DNA of 64,000 bases from contig CM082576.2 of NCBI GenBank assembly GCA_040954595.2, forward strand, positions 4,996,760-5,060,759. The letters run 5' to 3'. The position numbers and the translations under genes are program-made. The notes beneath the pieces are model-generated. The model saw only the letters and a program-made list of their open reading frames with translations. It did not search any database and was not told the origin of the DNA. Shown in pieces: positions 1 to 14,300 of the stretch; within the stretch, counting starts at the first letter, position 1; every line of letters begins with the position of its first letter. The stretch is from Balanoglossus misakiensis (taxonomy: Eukaryota > Animalia > Hemichordata).

Positions 1-2102
1 ATATAAACAACCAAAACTTATGAATTTCTTTCTACAAGTGCTGCTATATATGTACATAAAAGGAGATGGCTGTTTCTTGATTTCAATAATAGAATACATA
101 TTTCTTTTGATTATTTTTCACAACTTTAACTGTCGGTCTTAAGGACTGCCAGAGCAATTGGCCAATAATAACATGCTTTGTGCATGTCATGCTGCATATC
201 TAGGACAAAGTACTGCTTCATGACTCTTTAGTAGATGGCAGCTATGGAGTCTTTTTTTTTTCGTTCTTCAAAAACGACAAGTTGTATATTGAAACTGATT
301 AATACAACATGCAGCTGCTGTTCCTTGTCCCAGATGAAAATTATGATGGGTTTTATTCTAGATATTTCGGTTAGGTAATAACGCTTGTAAAGCCTTTAAA
401 TTATTTTTAAGATATCTTTAAAAGTGGGTGGAGAGAAAGAGAGAGAAACTGTTAATAGGTGCTATGATGAGCATTTTTGAACTAGTATTAAAATCGAAAA
501 GTATTGGTTCAAGATATGATCGACCTTTTATGATGGTCTTCCTTTTTTGTCGCGCGGAAAAATGTGTCAGTGAGGCTGAGTGATCCTGCAGTTTCTAAAC
601 AGCGCCACCTGTGGTCATTTTGAGAACTATGGGGTCACTGGTGTCACTTCAGTGTTGAAATACATGTAGATCAGATTTATTTTTTTAGACCAACAGAGCC
701 AATATAAGGGATCTTGAATGAGAAACATAAAAAAAGGCCGCCAGAAAATGTGTCTCCTTCCACAATATGCAGCTTGTTTTTTTTCTCCAAATTAAAAAAA
801 AATGTACTATATCTTTGGTTTGTATTCCAAGTTACAACTGTATCTTTCTGTAAGATGTTGTTGCATTGGTCCTGTATGCAGAGGTTATATGATGAGATTC
901 ATGTGAGATATATATTTTAGAGGCATTGAGGGTTTTTTGGTCAGGAATATTGTTAATGGGATGCAAAGATTGGTGAGAGAGTTTGGGAGAATCTTCAGGA
1001 TTGCATTTTAGCGTTGATATTTTTGGAAGTTGAAGTCAATCTCCAGGTGACTGACTCTTCAAGCAAGATGTGGGGCATTTGTACCTTATTTCTGAAGTCA
1101 TTTTGTGTGATTTATATCTGGAAGGTAAAAGTTGAAAGTTTCGTTTAGAACTTTGTGAGTTGAGGAGATGCTTCCTTGTTACTTGTATCTTTAAAGTCTT
1201 GTCAAGCGACAAGGGTGGACGTGCACCTGTCATCTTTAAGATTTTTGTCACACTTCAAATGGTAATGATCGACCCACTGTGGTAGAGCAACAAGGAAAGC
1301 TGAGGCATGCATAACATTGTGTCATGATCTGTAGCTAGACGTCACTCTTTATAGAACTTTGTCACCCTCCCCTGTTGGCTGCATGAGGCAGGTGACTGAT
1401 AGGCCAAGCGACAAGTTTCCTTCCGACGAAATCCTGTTGGATCCAATCACATTTTGCCAACATTATTAACATTCAATCTCTACAAGGAGAGCGGTACAAG
1501 TGAAGACAGTTTTGCTGTGTTTCCAAGTTAAGGATTCATACACGTAACTTGTGTGTCTTGATAACGCAGTTGTAAAAATACTTTCTTTAGGCGATGTACA
1601 TGTATTGGTCGTTTCTAGAAAAGTACAACAAGAATGTTATATGTAAACATTACAGAAACTCGAGTTTGATTCTAAGTCTTTTTCATCCCAATCATGAATG
1701 TCAAGCCACATTGTATTTAGTCAACTTGTAGGCAGTCACTCACAAACCATTTTCAAACACATCCACATGTTGGTGTTGTTTCAACATACACAGTACCGGT
1801 AGACACCATAATTCAATGTTTCACAGAAGATCAAGCAGCCAGCGTTCTTCTAAAACCCCTAAGAAATGCCAATTTTGTAGAGTTTGCCATAGCAACAAAA
1901 TATTTTTGTAAAAAAAAACAAAGTTTATCGCAGTGAAGTTTGAATGAATTTAACCTGTCTTTAATATATTGCTGAAATTTCTATTATAAATTGGTGTTTA
2001 CATAAATCATAAAGGACATCAGCTCTCCACAGGTGGTAGAAACAACCGGTAGGCCAAATTCTATTAGATTTCTGCAAATGTCAACCTTTGACCTTTCCTA
2101 GC

Positions 2103-2190
2103 AAACCCGTTCACCCCTATTTTGTAAAAGTAGTATCAATTTAACCCCCACTTTAGAAAACAATAGAATGATTCAATGGTGAAAAGAGTG
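2103..2190 (-). mobile_element. Diverged second copy of the ~90-bp MITE at 46793-46884
   Basis: Colinear blocks TTCACCCCT, TAGAAAACAATA and TGGTGAAA are shared with the reverse complement of 46793-46884. Confidence 0.5.
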
Positions 2191-5100
2191 ACTGAATCCT
2201 TCATTTCATATCTTCCATACTTTTAGTAATCCTTAACAGTATTTATTGAAATTCAGATCATCATGCAATTATTCCCAACCACTTGCAGCTGTTTAGACTT
2301 ATTATAGTTTTGTAACTCAGAGCAGGAATTTGGAAGGTGTTCCCGAATGCTGTGTAAGTCACTTCATGTAAATAATGTACTGGGGCTGGTATCTTGTTTC
2401 AGTGCGTTCACTTTTTAAATGGTGTATATCATGGTTGAATGAAATATATAGAAGAAACATTTGTGTCAGTGTTTTTTTATGTTTTATTGAAACACCAAAT
2501 TTTCTTGTCAGAGCAGTGATGGAGCGTTGAGTCTCCACATATCATTTTTTTTAAAATTCATTTCTGCTTTATTTGAGTGATAGTCTGGTTATACAGTCAA
2601 GTGTTTGACAGATACGTTCCTTGACTGTCTTGTGATGCACTTATAAAACTCAGTTGGGATTTAAGATGTTGTTATCAGCCTTTCAAAGCATGCACATGGC
2701 CCCCAACATGTCAAGGTACAGTCCTCAAGCTTGATCGAGTACAACACTTTATCGAGTGTATTAAAGAGAGATAAACTCAGATCTGTACACATAATTCTTG
2801 TGGAGGTTGAGTTTTTGAAGCCATTCAAAGTCAAGTGATTACTCAGTCATTCAGGGGAGAGCGCCACCAGTGTCTCTGAATGGTTGGAAACAATTTTCTC
2901 TGTCAATCCGCACTGCTGTTGCTATGAGACAAACCTCTCCAAATGTTCCACCGTTGTCACAGACAAGGGAAACTGTAATCCTTGTTTTTTCACCGAATGT
3001 CCATGTATTCCAAACAACTCTCTCTCTCTAACAATAAATAATGTCACTATGGAACATCTTACATGTATGATGTTCTTTGAAGAAGCATTTCATGCAGTGG
3101 ATTTTGTGTGTCTGTCAAACCAGAGGATGCATCTTGGGTAATTAATACCTGGCTGTTCGGTTGTCAGTGGTTTTGACCAGGTTTTATTTTGGCAGTACAG
3201 CAAATGCTGTACTGTACTGTAATGCTTGGTATTGCTGGATATATGTTTATTGATGCTTTTTTTATAAATCTTCCAACAGTATTTGCAGACTACAAACTGT
3301 GATCCTTTGCATTGTTCGATGAGTATATCCATGATTGTTCATAATCCAGTCAGCCTGAATTTCTAACATTTAGAAGTCAAAGAGGTAACACATGACTTTT
3401 TAACACATAACAGACTAGACTAGTTTGTACTCAATACAGTCTTCACAATGTAATTATATTGCCATTGCTATGACACACCACAGATATCATGCATTGTTAG
3501 AGATTACAACAAACATCTTTAAACCGTTGTTAGAGATGAGTGTCAGTTATTGTCCGAATACTGGGGTGCCAGGGCACATGAAGATCGCCACCAAGCGACA
3601 AGATAGGGGAAAGGACGGGTGTCAAAATTAAAATCATGTAAATAGGTCTATTGCAAAATAGTATTAATTGATTGTAGAAATTAGATAAACCATGATGAAT
3701 TTTACCTTTGGCGGTATTGGCACATTTGTAGTTGGGCATTAGGAACTGAGATGTACGGCAGCTTTCGGGAAAAAAAATTCACTGGGTTCATCAGGATGTA
3801 TTAATATTAACGAAAGTATACCGACTAGGCCAATAGGCGTAAATAAAAATAGTACAAGGGAATTTATTGTCTGAGTCATCTATTTGTGAACATTATACTT
3901 GAATTGATTACAGATTCACGAACTGTATTCAGGGTGACAGCGTCAATCAACGTAAAATCTGCATCACGGGCACAGGCAGTGGTCTGCAGACAGGGATGAG
4001 AATGTACAGGGAGAGTCCTGCCAGGATCCGATGATAGTTGTCTGTTTATCAACCGTAGTTCCAATCGAGTACTCCTTATTGTAGCTGATACCCAACAAAA
4101 TACTCAAAAATTAGCCAGGTTTATTGGAAATTAGAACTGTCTGAATAAGACAGTTATTGCATTTGGATTTGATCAATGCGCAGAAAGTTGCAGAAGTACA
4201 AATTTTAATTAAATGTGCCGTTATCCTGACAGAGACGAATGATATACGCCTTTAAAATCGGAAATTACGTTGCATGCGAACTGGACAGGTTAGTCATGCA
4301 TTTTTTAAAAAAAAATATCATATTTTCACCCACTGGCATCAAATGACTGAGTGCTCGATCGCCAACTTTCAGACACCGTATTTATTTATTTTGATGCAAT
4401 GAACTAGGTCATACAATCAGTGTATTTTCGAAAGCTTACTAGATATTTCATCTTGTAATGGTGTGAAAATGTGGTGTACGTCACAGCTGTCAACCTACTC
4501 GCAAGAAAATCAATTATTTGACCAGTCTCAATATAGCCCAACATGGAATACGATATATCGGGAATCGCAGAGTGTTTTATCGCATTTCACACACGTCTAC
4601 TCTGCAGACTTTTTATTTCCGATTTGGTCTCAATAGACTAAACCCAGTAATATCGTTCATACAAATACATTTTGAAGGCATCCCGCGATCCACATCTTGT
4701 GAGATATCAACAACACGTGCAGTAATCATCGACCACAGCGCCATCAAGCGGTAACGTGAGCTTTGTCGGAGTGTGTTGTTCATAACTGACGAGTATGATG
4801 AGAATCAGTTTTCCCCCCATTGAAGTTTGGACGTATCTCGTCATTTTTTGAATGACAGAAAATTGGTTCAAACAATTAATCTCTTCACAGTACAAGAAAT
4901 ATCTTTTGTCGTGCCGTACCCGTAGAAAAACTAATGTAATCCCCCTCGATAAAGAAAGCGTTTTACCTCTTTTATTTGGGAATTATTTTGTGCAGTGTCA
5001 CGTTTGGTAAAACTAAGTTTACTGGTCTGCTCCTCCAATATACAACCCTTAAAAACGTTGCCATCCTGCTTTTTTTCCCAGAGAAATCCTGTTGTTTTCA

Positions 5101-5339
5101 GTTTTGCAGTAAATTCGAAGTTGGGAAGATATTATTCAGAAATGTAGATTTAATGTCACTGGTACCAGCAACTTCAAGTTTCATGTGTGTGTGTGTGGGG
5201 GGGGGGGGTCAATGCAATGTTCCCTTTCTCAGCGAGTTTGCCTACAGATTTATTGTTTTGGATAAAATTATGTATAGACAGGGTACGGGTATACCGCCAG
5301 TCATGCAGACGTGACGTCAACCACTCGTCAACCCCCCAA

Positions 5340-5356
5340 CCGCCATCTAGCGGTCA
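5340..5356 (-). promoter_or_regulatory. CTCF-like motif
   Basis: The minus strand reads TGACCGCTAGATGGCGG, a close match to the CTCF core CCRSYAGRKGGCR. Motif match only. Confidence 0.4.
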
Positions 5357-8300
5357 AATATGGAGAACAGAATTACTGTCACGCAACAAGATCCAGGACC
5401 GAGCTGAACTCTCTTTTTATTTTTACAGCCCCGTATAGAGATAGTGTTTTTCGAAGCGCAGACAAGTGACGTAAAAACCAACAAGTCAACGTCATACAGC
5501 AAGGTGTAACAACAATTTCTCCGTCAGCACCTAGGCCTAATATTTTTTTTAAAAGCGGTGTCACCGTTTTTTTCTGGTTTATTCTAAATTGTCCGGAAGA
5601 ACGCATGTCCTAGGAAGAAGTGACAACGCCATATTGACTGGAAAGGAAATGTATTTTCTTTGGCGCTTAATTTTAGCCGAAGGTTTTCTCTGTTTTAAAA
5701 TAAACATCCGGTATTCTGCAGAAATGTCAGCGATTCCTAATAAAATGCCACCGACTGTTGACCTCCGGGGGATTTTTTTCATATAAAGCTATCCAAATTG
5801 TAAAATTACAATCAGACGTGGTGACATAAAAATCCTTAAGTTAAAAGATATGCTAACCAGGGTGCCTTGAACCGGTAATTAATAAACTGTTTAATTCAAT
5901 AATCGCCGCTTTACGTGTAGCAATGTCTGAGGCACGTCTAATATTACTCATGCAGTCTCCCATACCATATACATTTACTTACAAGCCCTACTTGTTTATT
6001 CACCATCACTGATAAATTCTGAATTAATTTTAGATTTCATGGTCCAGGGATCTAGGAACATTCGCTTAAATCAATTTTATATGTAAAATGGATAACGGGG
6101 TTATGAGAGTCATATTAATTTTCACCTTTATTGGACGGAAACACGCTTTTATTTCTGCGCTTTATCAAAATGCAAATGTTTGTCTTTCATGTTAACCGCC
6201 CAGAGGCAGGATTCAGTAATTTCATGTGTATGACATCTGTGTGAACTTTTTTTGTCGTTTTATAATACCGGTAATTTCCAGTGAAACACGGCGAATACTT
6301 CTGATGCCCGATACGTCGTGATATTAAATGCACAGAATGAAAAAGGCAAACGGAGACTTGATGGAAACGCAAACGTTGGTTGGGAGACGCCATCATGCTG
6401 ACATAACGACACCATTTCAACTGACACGTTTGCGGTCCGTGTAAGCCGCGATAATACCGCGATTTTAACACTGTCGCGTGTTGTGTCGTTGTGTTAATTA
6501 TTCACCCGTCAAACTCGCTGTAACTGGCTTCTATTTTTCAGTATTTTTTTATATTTGCAGTGAAGTGATCACAGCCAATTCAACCACTGTCACTCCACGA
6601 GTGAGCGTAATTCAACAAAAAGTACAAGCAAGTCTACAATTTACAAATGAAAACAAATAGACATACGTCCGTTTTAATAGATTTGTAAAATTCATTATTC
6701 ACACGGCTTTTTCAACACAGATTTCATCATAGCATTATGGGTAATCAAATCGAAAAGTTGTCCAAGGCGGGCAGCTTGTATCTTAAGACAAGAAAAAACA
6801 GTTGCTAAAAACAAACTAAGTATACAGTTATAGCTACTAGAGTACACCAGTCTGTAAATCGACTGCACATAACCACCAGTTTGTACAGTAACTCACTGAA
6901 TAGTATGTAGTCAATTAGCCAACGCTGCTAGGCGACACGGCATTGTATCTGAGTTTCACTTTTCGTGGACTGTGCAAGAGATATACGGGTCCATGCGACC
7001 TGGTAGAGCGTTACCAAGGTGACACTCCAGTCGTTTGCAAGAAGACAGGTGAGAATCGATAAAGTTTCTTCTCTTTTACATTGTTTGACGTAGTCGTTGC
7101 TTTTCTGTGGGAAAAGGTTAGCGTTTATCGCAAACTATAAGTTCACTTCGGTCCCGTCAGTCTATATGCATGCAGTCTAAAATATCAAATACGTTTTTTA
7201 ACACTTACGACATTTCACTTGAGCAGTCAGAGATAATAGCTTTGTCTTTAAAAGCTTGATTCTACAGCTGCTTGCTGCAAAACCTTATCAACTTTTATCG
7301 GGTGACACATGGCAAAATCAAACTTCGATGTAGTATTAGAGTGTCTGTTTCATGTACTAGATTTTGCAACGTCATAAAGTCACGTGAGCAACCGTTTTCT
7401 GGCGTTGACGTTCACGGTATCTCACTTTCCCTTTCGCTTTTCCGACCGGCAATTTGTTCAGTTCAGTCGCGCTCTGAACCCTAAACCCTGTAGCCCTAAA
7501 CGGTGGGTGGGAATTGTCCGGGCGGTAGATGTTCAGGGGGTGCCTTCCCTAGAACTTTTCCAGTCCAGTGGTCTATAATACTTGTCTACACGTTCCCCAG
7601 TGAGTACATCTATCCTTGAACTAATTTCAGTTGGAAAGCAACATAATGCTTAACGCTGCACCTGGTGAACTTTTAATATCAACAAATGAACGAGGAACCA
7701 ATAAGACCAGAGTCCATTGACAACCAATATTACACCTGGGAGGTTGGCAGAGGGCGCTCAAAAATCGTGTCTGGGACAACTAAAAATAGTTCGGAATTCG
7801 TGTCGAAGAGTTTATCGCAAGTTATGTAAATTTCCGAAATATGCCGTAATGAGTTGACGCCACAACTGAAAGTTGACCTCAGTAGAACCGGGATACAACA
7901 AACCACCAGAGAAATCCAACCCATTTCAGATTGAAATAGACAAGTTGACAGAGCTGGGGACACAGATCCCGTGACAAATTACAACCTAAACAAAGACAAA
8001 CATTTAAATAAACTGATTAAAGGATTTTCTAACTTTAGAGTTGTTTAAAATTGTAGGCCGCCAGGAAAAATGTAAAGCATGTGCAAAACGCCCTGTCAAG
8101 ATACGAATCGACATGTATTCGTAACCTTAGATGTTTTATAATATTTTTCTTATTGGGAAGCGGCCCAGGCGAGGCAAAGGTTGACCTGCCTCGCCGATAC
8201 AACACGAACCAATCAATAGGAAACAAAATTGTACCATGGTACCAGTTTTGTTGCTGGTTGTAAGCCAAATGAACAAGAACATCCCACCATTCCCAAAAGT

Positions 8301-10448
8301 CAAATTACAAAGGAAATTGGCGGAAGTTTCAGAGGAGATTTGCTGACCACATATGAAGATGACTAAAAACTACTATTACATGTATTAAATTGAATATTCA
8401 AATGAGGTGCACCTAAGGTGTATGTATACTACTTTTCCAAGCTATCTGAACAGTAGTTGTCGAGTTTTCGATTTCGACCATTTTACAGACAGATAGATGC
8501 TAGGCGCCGACTGATCCCCGGAAGATCACACCGGCATATATCTCCATAACAAACTAAAACATTCCTTGATTATGTGACGCGCTACACAATATACGGTGCC
8601 AAAGATTTTACTCTATATACTCTATCAACCTTGTTCACTAAACTAGAGTTCGTTCCACTCCGTTGACAGTCGATGGGTCCCGGTTGTAAGTTGAAACTGA
8701 AAGATGTTTCCAATCGAAGAAACGGCGGAGAAGACGTAAGAAATACCGGTCTTGACCACGAAGCGACCTTTCCGTGCGATCAATACTTCAATCGAATTAA
8801 AGGGGTCGATTCGGAGACCAATTACTCCTCGGGAATAGATCAATGCTTGTGGAGAAATATTGACACTGAGACTGCGTAGCCAGTGATTATTCACTAACTC
8901 GGTCACTGACCACACACATGGCATAGTAACGCTACCGTTATGGAATATGATTTTTCGCACGTAGCGCTAAATATTATCTCCGTGGTTCGCTTGTATAAAA
9001 ATCTGAATATTTCTACTTTGTCGATCAATTTATGCATGTAGGTTATTGTATTTTCTCGTACTACGGTAAAAAATAACAAAAATTATGAGTTAAAAAATCC
9101 ATCTGTCAACCTTACTAGTGCTCAACCTTTCTTACTCTTTATTACCGTTGGGGGCGTTCGGGAAAATTTATCGGCCAAAATTCAGTTCACTGGTCGATAA
9201 GACTCACAATCGTTATTTATGTAAATTGACAACCCTGTTGTTCAACTCTAGAAGACTTCATATATTGTCCATTTTCCCTTTCTTTGTGACGTCTGCAATA
9301 TTCTGAACGTACAGAGGAGACACATACTTCCTTTCCCACATCAGCCTATGGTGTCATGGCAACCGTCGACACCGTGATAAAACTGCCGAGACATTTGGCG
9401 AAACATAAACATTTAGAGAAATATGATGCGTTGCTCGTCTAGAACCCTAGGGCATATCCTGGAAACGTTAGGTGAATGGCCAATATTTTTTACAAAGTTA
9501 GGTTTATCATGCTCACTTGCTTTTAAATGGGTTAATGAGAAAATGTAGCAGAATTTTGGAACGAGAAAATATCCACACGTCTGTAAATGATAAGCTAAAT
9601 ATTGTGACGTCAAGATAATGATTCGGATCGAGTGAGAGAGGGAGGGAGGGGAGGGAAGAGGGCGAGAGAGATTCGGAGCGAGTGGATAGAACAGATGCGT
9701 GTTCGAATATTCAAAATTGTCCTGGTCTATTATATCGTAATACCTTAAGCCTCTTAATCACAAGGGTTCGTGAAAACAGAGGGTACGGGAATGACTACGT
9801 TATCTGCGGGGGTTACGACAGCAGACACTAGTGTCTCGTGTTCCGTACGCAAAGATATCGGAAGGGTTAAGAACTGTACAATGAACTCCGTCGGCATACG
9901 CTATATATACTAGTATATCGATCTCTAGGCTTCTCGTTTTACAGCTTCACACTTCTCTAGGGAAACATCACCGTTGTTCCTTTTCTTCCTCAAGTGCATG
10001 CATTTGTACATGAATTACAGCGTTTATGTTGAAGTATGGTGGAGATAATACGCGTGTGGAAAGTGAAAACGCGCATTAGTACACGTGTTCGGTGTATATT
10101 CTGCATATTGTACGCCACAAGACAATTTATAATCGACAAACCGTGCAAGTAAAGCAAGCCTGGAAAGGAGTAAAAATATACCCTGACTAACTCTAAATTG
10201 CCGTCAAGAAACGTGATCGTTATCGTCAATCAATATTTCAGGTACTATGGATTTCTGAGTAGATTCTATATGTGATGACGTCATGTCGAGGGCGTGCATT
10301 TTCAGTCGATCGGCTATCTCTTGACTACGGATGACAGGATCCCTTCGTCGGTGTCGATCTGAACCTCTGACATCATCAAAGTGAACCCGAACCTTCTCTC
10401 TGAACCGGATCAAAGACGGTCGGGTGTTCACCGCAGCATTCTCTCTCG

Positions 10449-10467
10449 CCCCCCCCCCCCCCCCCCC
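10449..10467. repeat. C19 homopolymer
   Basis: Directly visible. Confidence 0.9.
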
Positions 10468-10884
10468 ACTCTCGTATCAGAAACGCGATGCCTGATGGGA
10501 ACACCGCGCTGGTGTCTGCAGAAGATCACATGACGAGACGTGATTCCAAAAGTCTACATTAATCAAAAATTCGTGCGGCAAGGGATTACCTTTATCGCCA
10601 GATAACAATTGCCAAATATTTGCGAATCATGCAAAAAGGAGAACCCTCAAAAAGACCACTACAGAGCTGTCTGTCTCAAGGTTATCTCCAATCGCTTCAA
10701 TGTTTACGTTGTGGGCATATTAATTTTACCAGCGTATCTCAACAATGTTTGCGTAAAAGCCTTGGATAACAGTCCATGAAAAATAGTTTTCAAACGAAGT
10801 CTGCTCATAAACGGCACAGTTTACTCTTGTGTGGACCATGGGAGTCTCACCTCTTCATCGGCAACCCTAACATTTAATACTAAC

Positions 10885-10987
<103 letters not shown>

Positions 10988-11261
10988 TACCCCCTCTCTC
11001 ACCTCCCATATCTCCCCCAGTATTATGCACTCTTGCGATATGAATAATTGACTACATGTACCGTGCCAAATCAAGCCTAGAATCACGCAGTTCTACACAT
11101 ACGATATCACCTGCTGATGACAGACCATCTAGTGAATTTCAATGTTGGAAAAATACAATAGTCCATCTTAATGATAAGGGCAGTTTATCTTGCATTGTCA
11201 TTATGCACCCCATGGGCTCTTGTTGAAGTATAGTCTTTATCGGATGGTTTCGTGTGGTCTC

Positions 11262-11335
11262 GAGACCAGGTTATGTACACGTGGTTTTAAACAAAAGTCA
11301 GTCACCGGTATTCATCATGCACGTAGCCTGGTCTC
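11262..11335. repeat. 18-bp inverted repeat with a 38-bp spacer
   Basis: GAGACCAGGTTATGTACA (11262-11279) against TGCACGTAGCCTGGTCTC (11318-11335), 15/18 Watson-Crick pairs. Confidence 0.6.
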
Positions 11336-14300
11336 AGTGGTCTGACTGTGCGTTGCAATTTTGAATTGACAATCAATCTTGGCTTTCGTGCCTAATGTGT
11401 ACCAGTACAACCTGATGCAATCTTGCTTTTCAATCACGAGTAAGCATTTAAAAATATATCTTTATAGCCTTCTGCATTTTCTGTGCCCAGTCAGCACGTT
11501 CTACACCCAGCAAAGTGTGCAACATCGAAGAATTCCTTCTCTGATCTTGCGGATGTCTGCAACGCTTGACAGATTTTTATTTAAACAGGACAAACGTACA
11601 ATTTACAGTGTTATTAAGATCGCAGTGGGTGCCGTGAGATTTTAACAAGGACATAAACGGATGAGGTGAAAACGGTCAACAAAACCAATGAAAGTGAAGG
11701 CCAGACGCTTCCATTGTAGTAATTATAGGCGGATTGGAGAGCGTAGAACAATATTTACACTAGTCGGTATGTACTTCCCTGCTAGTTTACCTCCCAGTGT
11801 ATCGACTGACTATTTGTGCTTTCCTTTCACCTCTCAGTGTTGTCATAGCAAACACAGGTTAACTGGCAGCCAGCGACATGAACGCACTGTGTGTATGTCA
11901 GAATGGAATTGACGATAAAGTGCTGGAGCTGCGCAGGCGCGGGCTAGCTGAGTTCTTTTCCCGGGGTTCTTTCCCGTCAATGACTTTCTCGTCATCTACG
12001 TATTTTCATGATTCTGTTCCCGCGCTTTATACTGACTGTCTGTTCTTTGATATTTATGGCAATACAGAAAGGAAGATGAGAAATTTATGGGTAGATTCGG
12101 CGTGCATGGCGTCCAATTTTAAGTATCACCTACATGTGTAACTAATAAAGGCAGACGTGTTGTTTTAATTGATGCATGCAGTGTCACGGAGCTGGGGTCG
12201 GGATCTGTCCTTGAATCTGATGATTTTCGGCTGTGCTTTATTAAAATCGGTCTGAATTTGATTCCAAAACCGGAAGAGGACAGAGGCCTGGCGTCTAGTC
12301 GTGACCCGTGGTCTCTCCCCTAATGCATCAAAATTTAAGACCCAGTACTAACTGCATGCGCCCGGGTAACTGTGGATTTCCACATCTGGCTTGCCCTATT
12401 TTCGCGTCCTCTCTAAACTGCATAATTATTACCGGAAGAGAATATTATTGATGAATGGTTTCTCCTGCTGCCCTATATGTTATTGATCGCCGTATATCAT
12501 TTTTCATTGCACTTATATTTTGCTGGCTGCAAAGTTTGAGTATAGGACCATAAATTTAATGAAAGGGACGCTACATGCGCGGGTACAGGGGACGAAATCA
12601 CCGGATGCTCACTGGCCGGAGTACGAAACACTATCTGTCGGTTTGTCGTTTAGCTGTCCGCACCACGCTACTAGTATTATCCATAACTTTTCACGTTGTG
12701 GTTATAACGTTGTCATGAGATGTGCATCTGCCTGTCTGTCATAAAACAAGTAAAATAAATAAGAAGATATTCGCACAATATTGGCATGAGTATTGAGAAA
12801 GCATCAATACTGCAAAGATTTCAACGAATTTTGTCCTCAGTAAGAAACTTGTGTCTGCTTGTTATTACATCAAACAAAACAAAACAAACAACAAACAAAA
12901 CAAGCCAGCCAGCACTACATTTTCACAATTTACAGCTTTCGCTACTAGCTGCACACCGCAACTATCCTCTGGAAAGTTCATGGTGATGGAGCTCCGGTTG
13001 CCGGCTGATTGTGTCTCTGCCGCGCCGCTCACCTAGATGCGCCGTCGGTGGAAAAAAAGGATGAATCACCGACGGGGTCCGTTGATGTATGTGCTTAATA
13101 GTAAGAGATTACGCGTTAATGGAACGACAGGGACAATAACCAGGCCATACCCATTCGTCATCTCTCTGTCTATTTTCTCATTGTTCATACATCCAGTGAC
13201 ATTTTACTCCGTGTAGTATTTTAACGATGCGTGTGTCGGAGGGGACGCTTATTGTGAATTCGCGCGGCATACACGACCCCTTAAAATAAAGCGCCGGTAA
13301 AATAAATTAGAGCACATCCAAAAACCCATATACACTGCGCGGTAATACGAAAATTGAAAATATACGTGAATATACTGTTTTATCGCGGTGAGATTGGAGA
13401 CGGTAATAGACACGTGGGCACTCAAGCGTGACGAGCTCAGCTGGGGGAAGTGGTGAGAGCAGCGAATGATGGGCAAAAACAAATAAAAGGAGAAAGCTGG
13501 AAGACTAGACATCTTTTTACGCATTGATAGGAGAAACTGGGAGGCTCACTTTTTGCACTGGTTATGGACGAGTGATGCTGATCTCGGAGTTTGGGGGGGG
13601 GGAGATGAGTCCGTGAAACACAACACACGTGCAGTGCACGCGGCTGCCTATAATCGAATCTATTGAAGCCACTCATTTAGATGCATGTTACTACACAGCT
13701 CGGAGCGTGTCATTGAGTGATCTTTGTGATGGCGGTGGGCAGCGCGGGGACCTCATTCAATCACGTTTACACAATGCCCTTTTGATGTGGCTCTCTCTCT
13801 CTCTCTTTTCACTCGGAAGTAACGACTTTAAAGGCATGATGGTGTTCTCATTGTCAGGCCATTTTGGATGATTTGGTCGGCGGGGCGTTGGTATTTTTAT
13901 GGCGACTACCTGCTCTGTCATTATATCTTACCATTTACGTCATCCATTTCATTGGCCAGTAACATCGCCAGATTTAAGCAAAGTTATGCAATTATCTGTG
14001 TTGCGAAAACAACAACAAGAACAACAAATAACGCGTGCACTAAAAATGTACAAACACTATATCCAATGTTCTCGACTCAATGTATTTCAATATGTGTGTG
14101 TGACTTTTTTTCGTGGAAAAACCAGTTTCCCCACAATTGTATAGAAAGAAACAATGAATTCCCGACAAACAAAACCAACACCACACCATTGTCACTGGTA
14201 AATCTATTCAAGATGTTGTAAAAAGCCGGCACCATTTCTTTTGGTTGTTTTATGTACGCAAACAAAATGTAATGGATAGTTATTGTCTTAAGAGAGTTGT

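Noticed and set aside
832-1251. Selenocysteine or readthrough reading of the single in-frame TGA at 1036-1038
   Set aside because: No recognisable selenoprotein motif or SECIS element, and compositional skew explains the open frame.
3090-3332. Minus ORF containing VVCKYCWKIY...H...H, resembling a BED or C2H2 zinc finger
   Set aside because: Spacing and signature residues do not fit convincingly, and no transposase sequence is adjacent.
10204-10431. Minus ORF with RVHF (PP1-docking RVxF-like motif)
   Set aside because: GTG start, a short degenerate motif, and no homology or splice support.
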